NCBI GenBank assembly: GCA_021613535.1
Contig: CP075495.1
Span: forward strand, 11,656,001-11,720,000
Reading direction: 5' to 3'
DNA from: Adineta vaga
Taxonomy: Eukaryota; Animalia; Rotifera
Length of the DNA stretch: 64,000 bases
This document shows positions 15,474-28,800 of the stretch, piece after piece; position 1 is the first letter of the stretch, and the number at the start of each line of letters is the position of its first letter. A program made the position numbers and the translations under genes. The notes beneath the pieces were generated by a model. It was not told the origin of the DNA, ran no database searches, and saw only the letters and a program-made list of their open reading frames with translations.

Positions 15474-17205
15474 ATGTTTGCCAGACAATCGCATTTAGCT
15501 ATGCCACCACCACCCGTTTGGCTTCATGTCGATGGTGTTAGTGTACCATCCGAAATTCATCAATTTCAACCATCAATTCGTTCTTATGATTATCAAACGA
15601 AACATTTACAAAGTCCAGTTCAATCTCCAGCATCACCATTAAATTCACCAGCAACTAATGTTTCTTATAGTATAACAACGATTGATGGGCCAAACATTCA
15701 TAACAATGTCACTAAACAACAGAAGATTTTAGAAAATGTCGATATGCCAAAGAAGGTGTTTAAAGATAGACAAATAAAAAAAGTCAAATCATTACCAGGA
15801 TTGATTAAGTAAGAATAGAAAAACCAAAGATTATGCAATTACAATTATTTATTTTAGAGGAACGGCTCTATCTCGTAATGCACCTTCTCAAACATCAACA
15901 TTTACTAGTCCAGCAGCATCAACAACATCAGTCAATACTCTTCAGGATGATCAACTTCCTCTCGTAACATTTGAAAATAGTGACGATGGTCTTCCAATAC
16001 CTCAAACGATTGAACAACAAAATGAAATTCGTCGTCCACGCGTTTATTTTGCTGACTATAATCGAATTCAATTTATTGAAGAAAATGATGAAATGTCTCA
16101 ACAACAGCAAATACCTATTAATGATGAACCACGACATTCGCGAACACGTTTATCAAGAAAGACATCAAATACAAATACTACAAATCATACAACACCATCG
16201 ATTCAACGTTCACCTGCACGTCAAAATTTCACTTGTCCAACATCTCGTCATCCATGTCATCAGACAGGACAAGAATCAATAACTAAAAAGGAACAGCTAC
16301 TAACTAAATCACGAATACAACAATCTCATATCTTAAATCTACCTGATATAATTAGTCAAATATTACCCAATGAAACATCATCCTATGAAAATTATATTCT
16401 AAAACGTGAAAAACCAGTGAATCGTTTATTAAAACCATCTATTACTGTAGCGAATAATTTAGCATTTGAAGTTTCATCCGAAGCGACGCGTACTAGTAAT
16501 GGACGTTCGTCACCAATTTATGATTCATCTATTGGAAGTCATAAATCTGATTCAGGTGATAGTGATAATGGACAAATACCTACTGGAAATGCATCTATAT
16601 CTTCAACAAGAACCAATCAGAAACGTCCAACACTTCAAACAATTTCTCTACGACAACAATTTGCTTCACCAACGAAATTAAAATCAACAGATATTACATC
16701 ATTCAATAACACGAATCATCAACAATCACAAATGAGTAGATCAATGCCAAATACACAACGGTCGAATTCATTAAAAATTTCATCTACGCGTATAATTGAT
16801 AACAATGATGACCATTATCATCATCATTCAAATGAATCTTCCATACCATTAGAAAAGCTATCAACGAGTAGTAGTAATGAATCAAATACACAATCAAGAC
16901 GTTCTTATATTGTTCATTATAATACGAAAAAACCACTTGGCGGTAGTACAATCAATTATCCTAGTGAATCCATTCGTTATTCAAAGAAATCACATTCAAA
17001 CGAACCAACCGATGGAAATTTTCGAAATGTATTAACTATTGTTCGACCAGCATATGGATTAGGTACGAGTGCTCCTTTAAATAAATCAACTCTTGTATCA
17101 AATGCTTCAACAATTTCAACGACAGAAGATGCTCGTTCATTACGTAATCCAAGTATGCGAGTGCCTCTAGAATTCAATATGACATCAAATACAATTACTG
17201 TTTGA
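15474..17205 (+). CDS. Uncharacterised Ser/Thr/Pro-rich, probably disordered protein with an RVxF-like motif, 2 exons
   Basis: ORF 15474-15808 splices (aa|gtaag ... ttttag) in frame into a long open exon ending TGA 17203-17205. Codon usage matches neighbouring genes. No recognisable domain. Confidence 0.72.
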
Positions 17206-17670
17206 AATTTTCTTTCTCTCTTTTTTGTCATTTGTCTTGACCATTGATATTCTTATAATTTATTATGGAGAACACATTGTTTTATATTTTTGAACATGTT
17301 TTAAATAAACATTTCCCTTCAACGTATAGATTGCATTTAAAATACTGTATGTTCAATTCATAGATATTTGTATATGACATAAATGAAATTAGAAAAAGAA
17401 TTTCTTGATGATAATATTTAAATGATAGGAAATAATCGTTGAATAAATCAATAATTATTAATAATATCTTTATTCTCATGCAAAATACGAATAAAAAAAA
17501 ACATGAATGAATACACATTACCAGAATAGATATGTAAAATAAATATTTGTTTGAAAGGGATTTTAGTGTGTAGTAGGACACGAAAAAAGAAATCAATATT
17601 TTCTTGCCAATTTAATGAAATTACCGCAACTAAACTACGATCAACGAGTAATTGAATTTTTTCAATGGGT

Positions 17671-19276
17671 TCAACTGCGAACTGTTGTAAGCTCATGAGA
17701 AATCATGGCATGATCATCATCGTCGATAGACTTCACTTTTGGATATAATTCATTCGATCCATATTTTGCAATATTTGGTAGGTGTCCGAAGCGTTTTACG
17801 ATAGAAAAATAACCTTCAAATAACCATACGCCAATAATACCTCCAAGGATGGGACCAACAATAGGAATCCAAAAGAAATAATTATTTGCTCGAAAAACTT
17901 CATTCCATCCATAGATGAAAGCAGCAAATAAACGTGGTCCTAGATCACGAGCCTAAAGCGCATAGAATAAAAGATGCAGAATAATTTTTCGACCGAATAA
18001 GAAATTCTGTACATACAGGATTGATTGCAGCACCTGTATTAGCAGCAAATGCTGAAGTAATACCAACAATGATGAGCACGAATGCAAATGGTTTAGCAAC
18101 TTCCGAGATCATACGATTAGAATCCTATATGAAATCAACGAAAAAGAACATAGTAGAGAGAAAGAAGAAAAGAATAATGAATTTATACATTTATCAAAGC
18201 CATAATAAAGATCATTAAAACAGCTGTACCAATAACTTGATCAAGAAATGAATTCCATGCGGGTACACCGTCTTCTGGCATAGTAAAGAAAATACCAGCG
18301 GTACTCTTGCACCTACTACTTGCCGAACAGAATTATCAAATTTATTAATTAAACTCCAGTAAAGATAATAAACAACAAAAGCACCAAAAAATGCGCCGAT
18401 CATTTGGCCGATAATATAGATTAGACATTGTAATGGTTTTATTTTACGCACTGTTAAAAGTGAAATACTAACAGCAGGATTTAAATGTGCACCTAAATAT
18501 TAAAAAGAATATCTTCAGAAATAAAAACAATCGTATAGTTAGTTTTCATTCTTACCGCTGATAGGTCCGGCAATCATTAACGCTAAAGAAAATAAACAAA
18601 AGTTTAACTTCATATAATAAAGACAAAGTTCTTTTTTTTCACAACAAGTTTCCTAGAACGGGTTATTATAGACAGAACTGTTACACTCATACTTCATAAT
18701 GAAGAAATATACATTAAAAATCGCTTAACGATTTCAATATAATTTATCATTAGAATATATAAAGCAGAGTTACTATATGAAAATATACACTGACACAAGA
18801 ATTGTATGTTAAATAAGTCATTTAAGAACTTGATTCAATTATCTGTTGAGTTTCCGAGCTTTCTAAAGCTCACGAATTTGTGCATTCAACAGGAAGAAAA
18901 AGAATCATTCTTTTCAAGCCAAAAAGACACATCTGTTGGCCTATATGTCAGGCGTTATACTTTTCTGCTATTTTGTTTAAATGACAACTCTTATCATACA
19001 AAACTCATAACCATAACATTTCAATTTGAATTAAAATTAATCTATATACACTCTTTGAACATCTATGATATAGAAACATGAAAAAAAATATAAATATATA
19101 CCAGTATAGACACCGATACCAAAGCCAAGGTTAACAGTAATATTTGAATGATTTTCTTGTTTTAAAAGTTTATATTGAGCAATAGCTGATTCACCAATTA
19201 GAATCAACATAAACGTTCCAAAACATTCAGCTAAACCTTGTACGAGATATTGCTGTAGATCTTTGACTTTTGCCAT
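17671..19276 (-). CDS. Aquaglyceroporin A (AQP3/7/9/10-like), 5 exons; 1-nt frameshift near 18306-18308 (error or pseudogene)
   Basis: MAKVKDLQQYLVQGLAECFGTFMLILIG, GPISGAHLNPAV, NTGAAINPARDLGPRLF, FFWIPIVGPILG. Asp after the second NPA is the glyceroporin signature. Stop TGA at 17671-17673. Confidence 0.88.
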
Positions 19277-19704
19277 TGTATGAGTCTGTGCTTCTTTGTA
19301 AACTACTACTGTTCGTAGAAATAACAATCAAAGAACACAAAACCAAGAATGGACGCCAGACTATTTCCTTCTTTTCCCTTCTTATATTTTTTTCTTTTCT
19401 TTTTCTTTTTTCCTTCAACCGTCATGCGAGACAAGGTCGTTCGACGCCCAAGTGTACTATCAAAGTTATAATTTAGCCCTTTCTTGATCTATTTTTGTAT
19501 ACATTTCATTTCATATTTATTCATATACATATATATATACATAAAAGAACAGACATTCATGAATAAAGGAATTGTGTCTTATCGCTAGTCATTTTTTCAA
19601 AATGATTAAATTCTTTCACATAACAAATAATGAATAGCAGAAGTGCCATGTTTCACATTGATATCATGCCTATAAACGATAATAAACTATCTTATGAAAC
19701 AAAG

Positions 19705-21173
19705 TCATCCCAAGAAAAACAAATCATTACTTTCACATGATATTTGTGTATTCATTTGACGTGATTTTTTAAGATGTTTTCCTTGATCAGGTTGTTCAAT
19801 CGCATCAATATGTGTAATACCTGGTAGATTAGCATATTTTTTCATTAGAATTAAATAACCTTCAAAAATTCCCGCACCAATAAGTGCACCAATAATGGGT
19901 CCAACAATAGTTACCCAAAAATAATAATTATTTACACGAAATACTACTGGACCATAAATTACTGCTGCAAATAAACGTGGTCCAAAATCACGTACCTAGG
20001 AAAAGAAATGAAAACTATATTTTGTAAGATATGTATAATTTTACGTACGGGATTGATTGGATTTCCACAATTGAGACTCATTGAGAAGCCAAAAGTAGTA
20101 ACCATTAAAACAAAAGAAAATGGTTTTGCTGCATTGGATATTAAATTATTATAATCATTTCCAAGTGCCATTATAAATATCAAGAGTAGACTAGTACCAA
20201 TAATAGCATCAATTAAACAATTCCAGTTTGGTATACCTTCACTTGGTACTGTATAAAATATGTCTGCTGTTGCATTTGGACCTTCATATTGTCGAATACC
20301 ACCGTCATATAGATTAAAATGGCTTATATAAACTAGATACACTGTAGCACTAGCTAGAAAAGCACCAATTATTTGACCAATAATATACAACAAACATTGA
20401 ATAATATTCAATTTACGTAGAGCAAGTAATCCAAGACTAACTGCAGGATTGACATGAGCACCTACACATATATTCACATCATTGTTATTATTCAAAACCA
20501 TAGGTAGTTCCTGCAGTTCTTTTCAACTTTAAGAAACAAATAAAGAAAATTTTTTATTATAAGTATTTATGTAGTTTTCAAGGTCGTCGACTAGTAATAA
20601 ACCATTTGACGATGAAAGATAAATGCATGCGAATAATAAACTAAGACGATTACAAGTCGGTTAAAAAACGTTTTAAAAACTGACAAAGTATTCTTTTGAA
20701 ACTTATATGTTTCCAAAATTATCCGTAGAAACTATTGTCTGTGATGTACATTTTCCTATGAAAATAATGTCCTCAAACATAATTGTCAAATGATCTGAAG
20801 ATTTATTACTTCAAAGTAACAATAAATGAATATATTACGATCAGTGATTAAATGCAATCTACATATTTCTCATCTCACGAAATAATTTTCAAAAAAGAGA
20901 CTAATAAGAATCACAAAAACTGAAAATTAGTTTTGCTATGCTTTGCTTATGATATTTAGTACATATCTCACCTGAAATAGGTCCCGCTACCATCAGTGCT
21001 ACATAAACTCCAGTTGCATAAGATAGATTCACTCCAAGATTGTTATTAACTACTGGCTTCGTAAATTTATATTGAGCCACAGATAAATTTCCGATGAGAA
21101 TCAGAAGAAAGGTACCAAATAATTCTGCAAGGCATTGAGCTGCGTACTGTTTTAACTGTCTGGGATGAAACAT
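19705..21173 (-). CDS. Aquaglyceroporin B (AQP10-like loop E) with second motif NPV, 3 exons
   Basis: [33 protein letters not shown]|[17 protein letters not shown]|[21 protein letters not shown]. Stop TGA at 19705-19707. Confidence 0.92.
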
Positions 21174-22207
21174 TGTCTTTGTTTATGACGATAATTCTAA
21201 AACATAGAAGATAAAAACGATAATCTATTACGAATCAACACGTTTTGACTATATAATGTAAGATAACTGCTCTGTATTTATATAGAACTTTTTTCAAAAA
21301 TCAACAATCGTAAATCCAGCATTTTCATATCTTAAGAATATAAATAACAATAGATTATGTATTATTTTTCTATACTCGATAAAGCTAAATAGTCTAAAAA
21401 ATATCCCTTGATGAGATCTTATTTCATTCATCTATATTTCGAGTGATTCCGTTGTCAACAAAGAAAACAAAATGAAATTCAATACATTTCAGTACTTAAG
21501 AATAAATGCACTTTCTTATTCAATGGGTCAAGAATGGCATGCATACCTAAAGAATAATAAAAAACATCACTTTTTTATCATGGACGAAGATCTGTATCTA
21601 ATTACTGAATAAATAGGATGATAATTAATTTTTAGTATTTTCAAATTTACTTTTCTTAAAAATAATTCAATATAAATCTAATCAATTTTGACATACTTAC
21701 TATTTTATATAATATTAATTGAAACATGCGATATATAAATTATAAGACATCCAAAGAAAATCAACAGAGATAGTTATGCTTGGTAAATATAGTCTTTAGT
21801 GTTCGTTGTTCTATCGATTGTGGTATCAATACTAATATAAGTCACTGGCTTTACCGATATGTGATTTGACATTCTATGTATTTCAATGTAAACTTTCGTA
21901 AATATATCTGAGTATCTGAAATATCAAGTTATGTACCTTGATGTAAAACAATACAAAAACAAGTATTGATCTAACACAGAAAGTACACACCTGAATCAAT
22001 AGTACTCAATTTCCGTTAAACTGGATGTAACAAATAAGAGATTTTCATTCAGCAGTAAATGTTAAGTTTTTAGCACGTCATATAAATCCTTTTTTCTTAA
22101 GAAAATATATTTTGATTTTATAAATTCTATTTACATAAATTCATGTATACAAGAAAAAAAAGCGCAATTGAAACTTTTAAATAAAATTTATTGCATTATA
22201 ATTAAGT

Positions 22208-22978
22208 ATGGCATCATCAAGTCAGCGTACATCACTAACTGAAACATCTCATATGACATTGAATACACATTATAATAATGATGATGATGATGATGTAAAA
22301 TCATTTACACCTTCGATCATAAGTCGATCATCTATATCGACAACACGATCTGGTTCGATAAGCACGGAAGTAGGTCAAGAGCAAATCGATCATATACGAG
22401 ATGCATTCGCCGTATTTGATAAAGAGATGACAGGTTCAATTACTACAGATCAATTCAGGTGAGTTATTTTATGATCTTGCAAATTTTTTTCGAGATATTT
22501 CAAGTTTTTTTTAGTAAAGTTCTAGAAAGTTTTGGATATAATATTCCTGAAGTAGAGCTCGCAACATTTGTCAGTCAATTAGATATTGATAAGTCAGGTG
22601 AATATGATTGAATCATTGATATGAATAAATAAAGGTGATGTAAATATTTTCATTTGTTCTTAGGAACTATTGAATTTGAAGAATATCTCAGTTTTATGTT
22701 AACATTTATTAAGAAAAATATTACAACAGAAGAAAATCTGAAAGATGCATTTAATCTATTCGATCAAGATGGTGATGGTTTCATTATTGTCAACGATTTA
22801 CGAGAAATTATGACAAGTTTAGGAGAAAAAATAACCGATGAAGATCTCGATGAAATGATACGTGAAGCTGATATTGGTATGTAAAATAAATCGACATGAA
22901 TTCTACACATCATCTTTGCTAGATAAAGATTTTAAAGTTAATTTTCAAGAATTTCAACGAATCATGAGTTTCAAATAG
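22208..22978 (+). CDS. Calmodulin-like EF-hand protein with Ser-rich N-terminal extension, 4 exons
   Basis: [75 protein letters not shown] 22976-22978. Confidence 0.9.
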
Positions 22979-24013
22979 ATCTTCGATTGAATAGAATGAT
23001 TTCAATCATTTATAGCATTACAAATAATCATACGTTATGCAAATTCTTTCTTATGACAACAGATGTATTAAATATACTAGACGAGATTGATCACTCAGTG
23101 CACAGATTCTTTCCTAGTCAAGTTATGGAACATCTTTATTCAATTTTATTATCCAAACAATCGATTATATCAATAATTAAATGTGATGTAAACAAGAAAA
23201 TATGACATCATCTCGATTGTTAGTGAACTATTACATTGTGTTACATATTGATGAAAGAATAGGTAAAATATATTACAATAAATGAACGTGAAAATTTTGA
23301 TTCTTATCAAACGAGTAGGAGAGAAAGAGAAAAAAAACATTTTCAATACCAATACATAATAAAACAATTGTCAGATTCGTTCGATAAAACTTTCGTTTTT
23401 ATGATGAATCAATGATAACGTTACTGATAAAGATAGTTAACATTTCAAATCAATATTCAAATTGACTTTCTTTTCTCTTTCTAGATTAAGTATTGTTGAC
23501 CGATATAGAAGTTTTTCTTTTATAGAGAAAAGCGAGACACTTTTTAAAGAAGAATAATCAACTTTTCGGATCATCAAAATAATTCATCTTTTATTTTTAA
23601 TGATGATTGAACGTTTTTGTCATCTGATGCCTTTTTTTCAATTCATTAAGTATGGTCGATTGCTTTAGAGTTTTTCTTTTCAAGGTTATTATCATTATAA
23701 TTATTCATCTAGCGTTTCCGCTCAACAAAGACGTTTGCAGACGTATATATATATATGTATGTATGTATGTGCAGAAGATTATAAATCTCTTCATTCCGTT
23801 CAAATGAACAGCAGTAACAAGAGGACAAGTATAAAAAAAGGTATAGTCACGTGCAGCAGGAGGTCAAAAACAATAGTCAAGCTTCAGAAAGAAGAAGAAC
23901 AAGAACAAAACAACACAATATATGCCATGTCACACACATAAAGATATACCTATAGATGTACTCGATCAAACAGGTTATAATCATCGCTAGTAATCAATTT
24001 GAAAAATATATTC

Positions 24014-25451
24014 TTATTTGATTGGTACAAAGAAATTGTGACATGCACAATTCACGGTTGATGTTTTCGATTGTTTACGGTGTAGAGTAGCTAATAAACA
24101 ACTTTGGCATACAATAGTTGATGATGCTGGTAACGAAGGCGGTTCACACGTATAATAATGTGGCATTAGTTGATGGTTATTACTATTCGAAGGATATTGT
24201 TGTTGTTGATAATGTGCAAGTGTACATGAACAACAGCAACAACAAGGATGACGATCATATGTTGGACGAATTTCTTCATAAATATTTGTCGAATTACGAT
24301 GTGAAGATATATCATCTGAATGAAGATTTTGTTGACTATGAGCCATATGAAGACTTAAATTTGAATTATGTATCATTGTCAGTGATGGATATTGATTAGG
24401 AGCAATCGTAGTTGTCGTTGTTAATGGAGTTAAACAACCGTAAGATGTTTGTGCAGTCTAAAAGAAAAGAAAAGTAAAATATAACATGACTGATCTAAAG
24501 TTCAATTCATCAAGAACTTCCGAGTTGATTGGATATATAGTAAACAGATGAGATACTTTATTTATCTCTTCAAAAACTTCTATTGTGTATTTCAATTTAT
24601 AATTGATTTTTTTCTAATTTATACAAAGACTTTATCCTTTCTTTTATTGATAAGTATCCATCTGTTAGGAATTCATTCATTTCTATTTTATCAATTTCTT
24701 CTCACGATAAGACGAGCTTTAATGTAAACAGATTCTTCACTCTGTCTCTCTCTCTCTGCCTCTCTCCCGCTAAACATCCGCTTTGAATTCATTACGATCA
24801 TCCTACTTGGCAACAATTAACTCAGATTGCCTATTCTTATAGTCAATTTATATCTTTATCTTGTAATAACGATTATGTAATTCTCTTACACTCGAAAATG
24901 ATGCACATCCGTCACCGCCACCACCACCACCAACACTGCTACTATTGCTGCCGAGATTGCCATTTGGAGTTGTTGTTTTGATAAATGCCACATCACTGTT
25001 GTTTGTTTCTCGAATGCTGCTATTCACACTAGTGATACCAGTCGATCGACGATGACGACGACATCGAAATTTCTGATGAAATCGAAATCTGTAAACAATG
25101 ATGATATCATAGAGAAAAAAACAATCAGATGTGTTTCTTATCTTACTTAACACCGAGTAAAAATAAAATCAAACAAGCTGAAGCTAAAGCAATGAATATT
25201 CCAAAAATAATTGTAAGAATTGTTAAATAAGATGACTCAGATGTTGTACGTGGACGAAGATTAGTGAAGGTTGATGATGAAGTTGATGATAATTTACAAG
25301 TTGTTGTTAGAAATAATTCAGGAATTGTTGGAGGACGTGGTGGAGGTGCAAGAAGATAACATGCCGATTGTGTTCGACACATTTCATATTTTTGTAAATG
25401 ATTAACATCATTAAATGAACTAATTTTCAAATCGGATAATGTTCGATTCAT
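24014..25451 (-). CDS. Orphan single-pass membrane protein with cytoplasmic YEEI motif and cysteine string, 3 coding exons
   Basis: Exons about 25451-25148, 25089-24889 and 24457-24014 join in frame (aa|gtaag...cag|a; agt|gtaaga...tttag|act). TM segment YLTILTIIFGIFIALASACLILFLLGV is followed by basic KFRFHQKFRCRRHRR. The start codon is uncertain. Confidence 0.7.
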
Positions 25452-25805
25452 TATTTCATACTGTTAAATCTACAAAAAGAATAAGGGAAAAGAAAGAATG
25501 AAAGAAAAGCAAGGCTTATATGTTTCTTCTTCTTCTTCTTCGTCTCCTCGTCTTTTCTTTCTATCACGTTTGTTCGAATGTGACACAGTTCAACAATTAT
25601 TACTTCTCTCAAGAAAGAATACATGAGAAGAGAAGAGAAGAGAAGAGAGAGAGAATTAGGAAAGAAGTGGACCCTTTGCTTGCTTATTTCTCCTCTCGTT
25701 TTTCTTTTTTGATGTGCATGTGAGACGACCAAAAGTGTTGACAGACGTAATGCGTATGTATGCACGAGACAGTATAGCAAACACAAAACGCTTTTCCCTA
25801 AATTA

Positions 25806-25839
25806 GTCTACTGTTAACCATCGTCTACTGTTAACCATC
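25806..25839. repeat. 17-bp perfect tandem duplication
   Basis: gtctactgttaaccatc occurs at 25806-25822 and 25823-25839. Confidence 0.85.
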
Positions 25840-28800
25840 ATCTACTTTTAAATACATCACACAAGATGATTATTGCTTGCATAGATAATACCTTGATTGT
25901 CGCACATACTCATGAGACAAAACTGTATAAATCAACGGGAAAAAAAGAGAAAGAAACTTTGATTAAGTTTGAAGAACATTTTTTTTCTCTCCTAAAGAAG
26001 AAGACAAAATGATTCAAGATTAATGATAACCTTGTCCTTATCGAGATGAATGAATCTCTCTTACAGGAAGTAACAAGAAGGTGTTAAGAAAAAAAAATAT
26101 TAAATACAATAAGCTTAGCATTATTATTGAACAATGATTAAGACGAAAAGAACGAAGTAATTAAAAACAAAAGAAATACGGTTAGTTAGAATACTATGAT
26201 TGGATTAAAAGAAAGAATTTTATTTATGTACGGATAGAAAAAAAATGTAGTTAGAATCCGAATGCAAATTCGAAAAAAAGAAAGAAATAAGCTAGAGGCA
26301 ATAATAATTGCATCATATGTATTCTTACTATTAATACTTCACTATTGTCTATCATAGTTGTTTTATGATCAGACGATGTACACGAAACGAACATGTTCAA
26401 AGGGTATCATAGTCCGTGACTATATTATTGTTTATACTGTACATACGTAAATGACACTAACTGAGTATATAGAGAAAAGAAGAAGAAGTTCAAAGCATCT
26501 CTCCTTTCTCTCTCTCTCTCTCTATTCTGAGTAATGATACATCTATTCATTTTCTTCTCTTTAGCATGTCGTGTACACATCTACAATATGCACATATATA
26601 TACACAAATATTTATTGCAATCAATCTCGATACATCACCATCATTATTATCATCATCTTCCTTCTTCGTCCATTTTCGAATCAATACTGATAATTAGAAT
26701 TTTTCTCTTTCTCTTTCCTCTCGTTTTGCTCTTTACTTTATGATGTCGTGTCACAGGAAGGTGTTTCTAATTTGATTTCTTTTCGAACAGTAGTTTGGTC
26801 AACAGAATGTAATTATAGGACATAGCTTACTTGTGTAGATGTGTGTGACCTTCACTCATGTTCAATCATATAGAAAGAAGATGCTGACAAAAAGCCCTTA
26901 TTTATATACACATATTGTACATATACATCTACATATGGCATAAAGCGCATCAAATAACAATAAATCGTAGCAAGAAAATAGAAATAAAGGAGGAGAAACA
27001 GCCACGCGTACGGACACTAATGGACGACTAATGGACGACTAGACAGATAGAGACTACTTTTTAATACCCTCAAATAATAATAATAATGAAAAATGAACCA
27101 AATCAAACAATGATGAAAAGTAATTTATATATATACAGATCAATACGCGAAAGTTTCATTAAACTAACGACACTAAAATTATGACTTTAAGTGAATTAAA
27201 CTCATCGCAATAAAATGATTGATGCAAATAGAATTCTTATCAAATTGTTTATTTTCTATGTCATTAATAAATGTGAATTGACAATATAAAATTACAATAA
27301 AACAAACTGACTAAAAACGTCCATTCTCATTAATCATCAATGTTAAAAAACGAAGCGAAAGATCCCTTGCGATAACTATCGCAACTCATTTATAATAGTC
27401 CATGTTTGTAAGTTTAGTCTGATGAAAATTTCACTTCTTCGCTCTTTTTTGATGAAACTTTCTTCTTCTTACCTGTCGTCTTTAAATTTGCTTATTGAAT
27501 AAAGATGTGTTTCTTTCTCACATGAACTTCTAAGATATAGATGTGTCAATGACTTTTCTTCATCTTCTCACTTGATTGTTAAACAATCACATTGTTTTCT
27601 ACTTCTTCTGATAGGGATAGCGGCATCTCAGCATTTATCCTTTATTTGACGTAAAATGAGAATACTCAACATGTAGGTAATGTGTATCGATATGTACATA
27701 GAGTCTATCACATTAAAAAGAAAAGCATCAAAAGCGAATGAGGGGGGATCATTTATTAACTTGACAGATTGTGTAATTTTGTTTTTTTCTTTTCAAGAGT
27801 TTGCTTTTAAACGGATATTTAACGAGTCTGCCTTGAGGGTTAGTCAATCCTGGTGTCAAGTTCTTCAATGTCACATCAATCATGTTCGCTCTGTCGGCGA
27901 ATGACCTCGATCATTGAACACGTTTTCAAATATCCGTTTTTTTTCTTTTACATACCTGCATCGTGTGTGTTGTGCGTCAGAATCTACATATGCCGTGAAT
28001 GTTATGCTGAAGTGATGTCTATGTGTACTCTCTTTTAGTATATACTTTTCTCTCTCTCTCTCTGTTTCATTTCTCTGTATGTGGTCAGTTTGATGATTGT
28101 TGTATATAAATTATTTGAGAATAGAAAGAAAGAAAGACAGAACGACGAGTAAAATTGGTTTTTTATCGTATGTACTCATATTCTGATGACCACAAATGAT
28201 AAGCGTCGTCTGTCTGTACTTGACACCTATTTGAATGTCCAACATACACCTCTACATATAGAAGAAGAAATTTATGGATATTGAAGAGAGAAGACAAGAT
28301 CGTCTCAGTAAACTAATTAGACTAACCAAGGTGTGAGATAGACTCTTTTCTCTACTTATTCTCGTAATACAAACAATTGAGACGGGTCAATACTAATGAG
28401 AATGCCAATCAATTAGTGCTCATGGGTTCAGACAGTTTTATGCTTGTTAACAAAAACCTCCAATTACTTATTTTGTATGACAGAAGATAAACTTACTCAT
28501 ACTTATTTCTGTCTCTGATACATATCTCATCATCTTGTCTTTGATCAAGATACATATGAAAAAGATGCGATCTGGTTTTTGATTTTCTTCTTTGTCTATG
28601 TCTATTCATTTTTGCCTGAGGATATAGTTCATACAAAAAAAAATATATATATGTATTGTATTGTATTGTCCGGAGCTATTATCCAGAAAAAAAAGAGGGA
28701 TGGGTCAACTTACTTTTTGAACAACATTTGATGTGAATGAGACAAGTGCATTGTTGCACGCAATCGAATGATTCTTCTTATTCTTCTTCCTCTTTATTGT

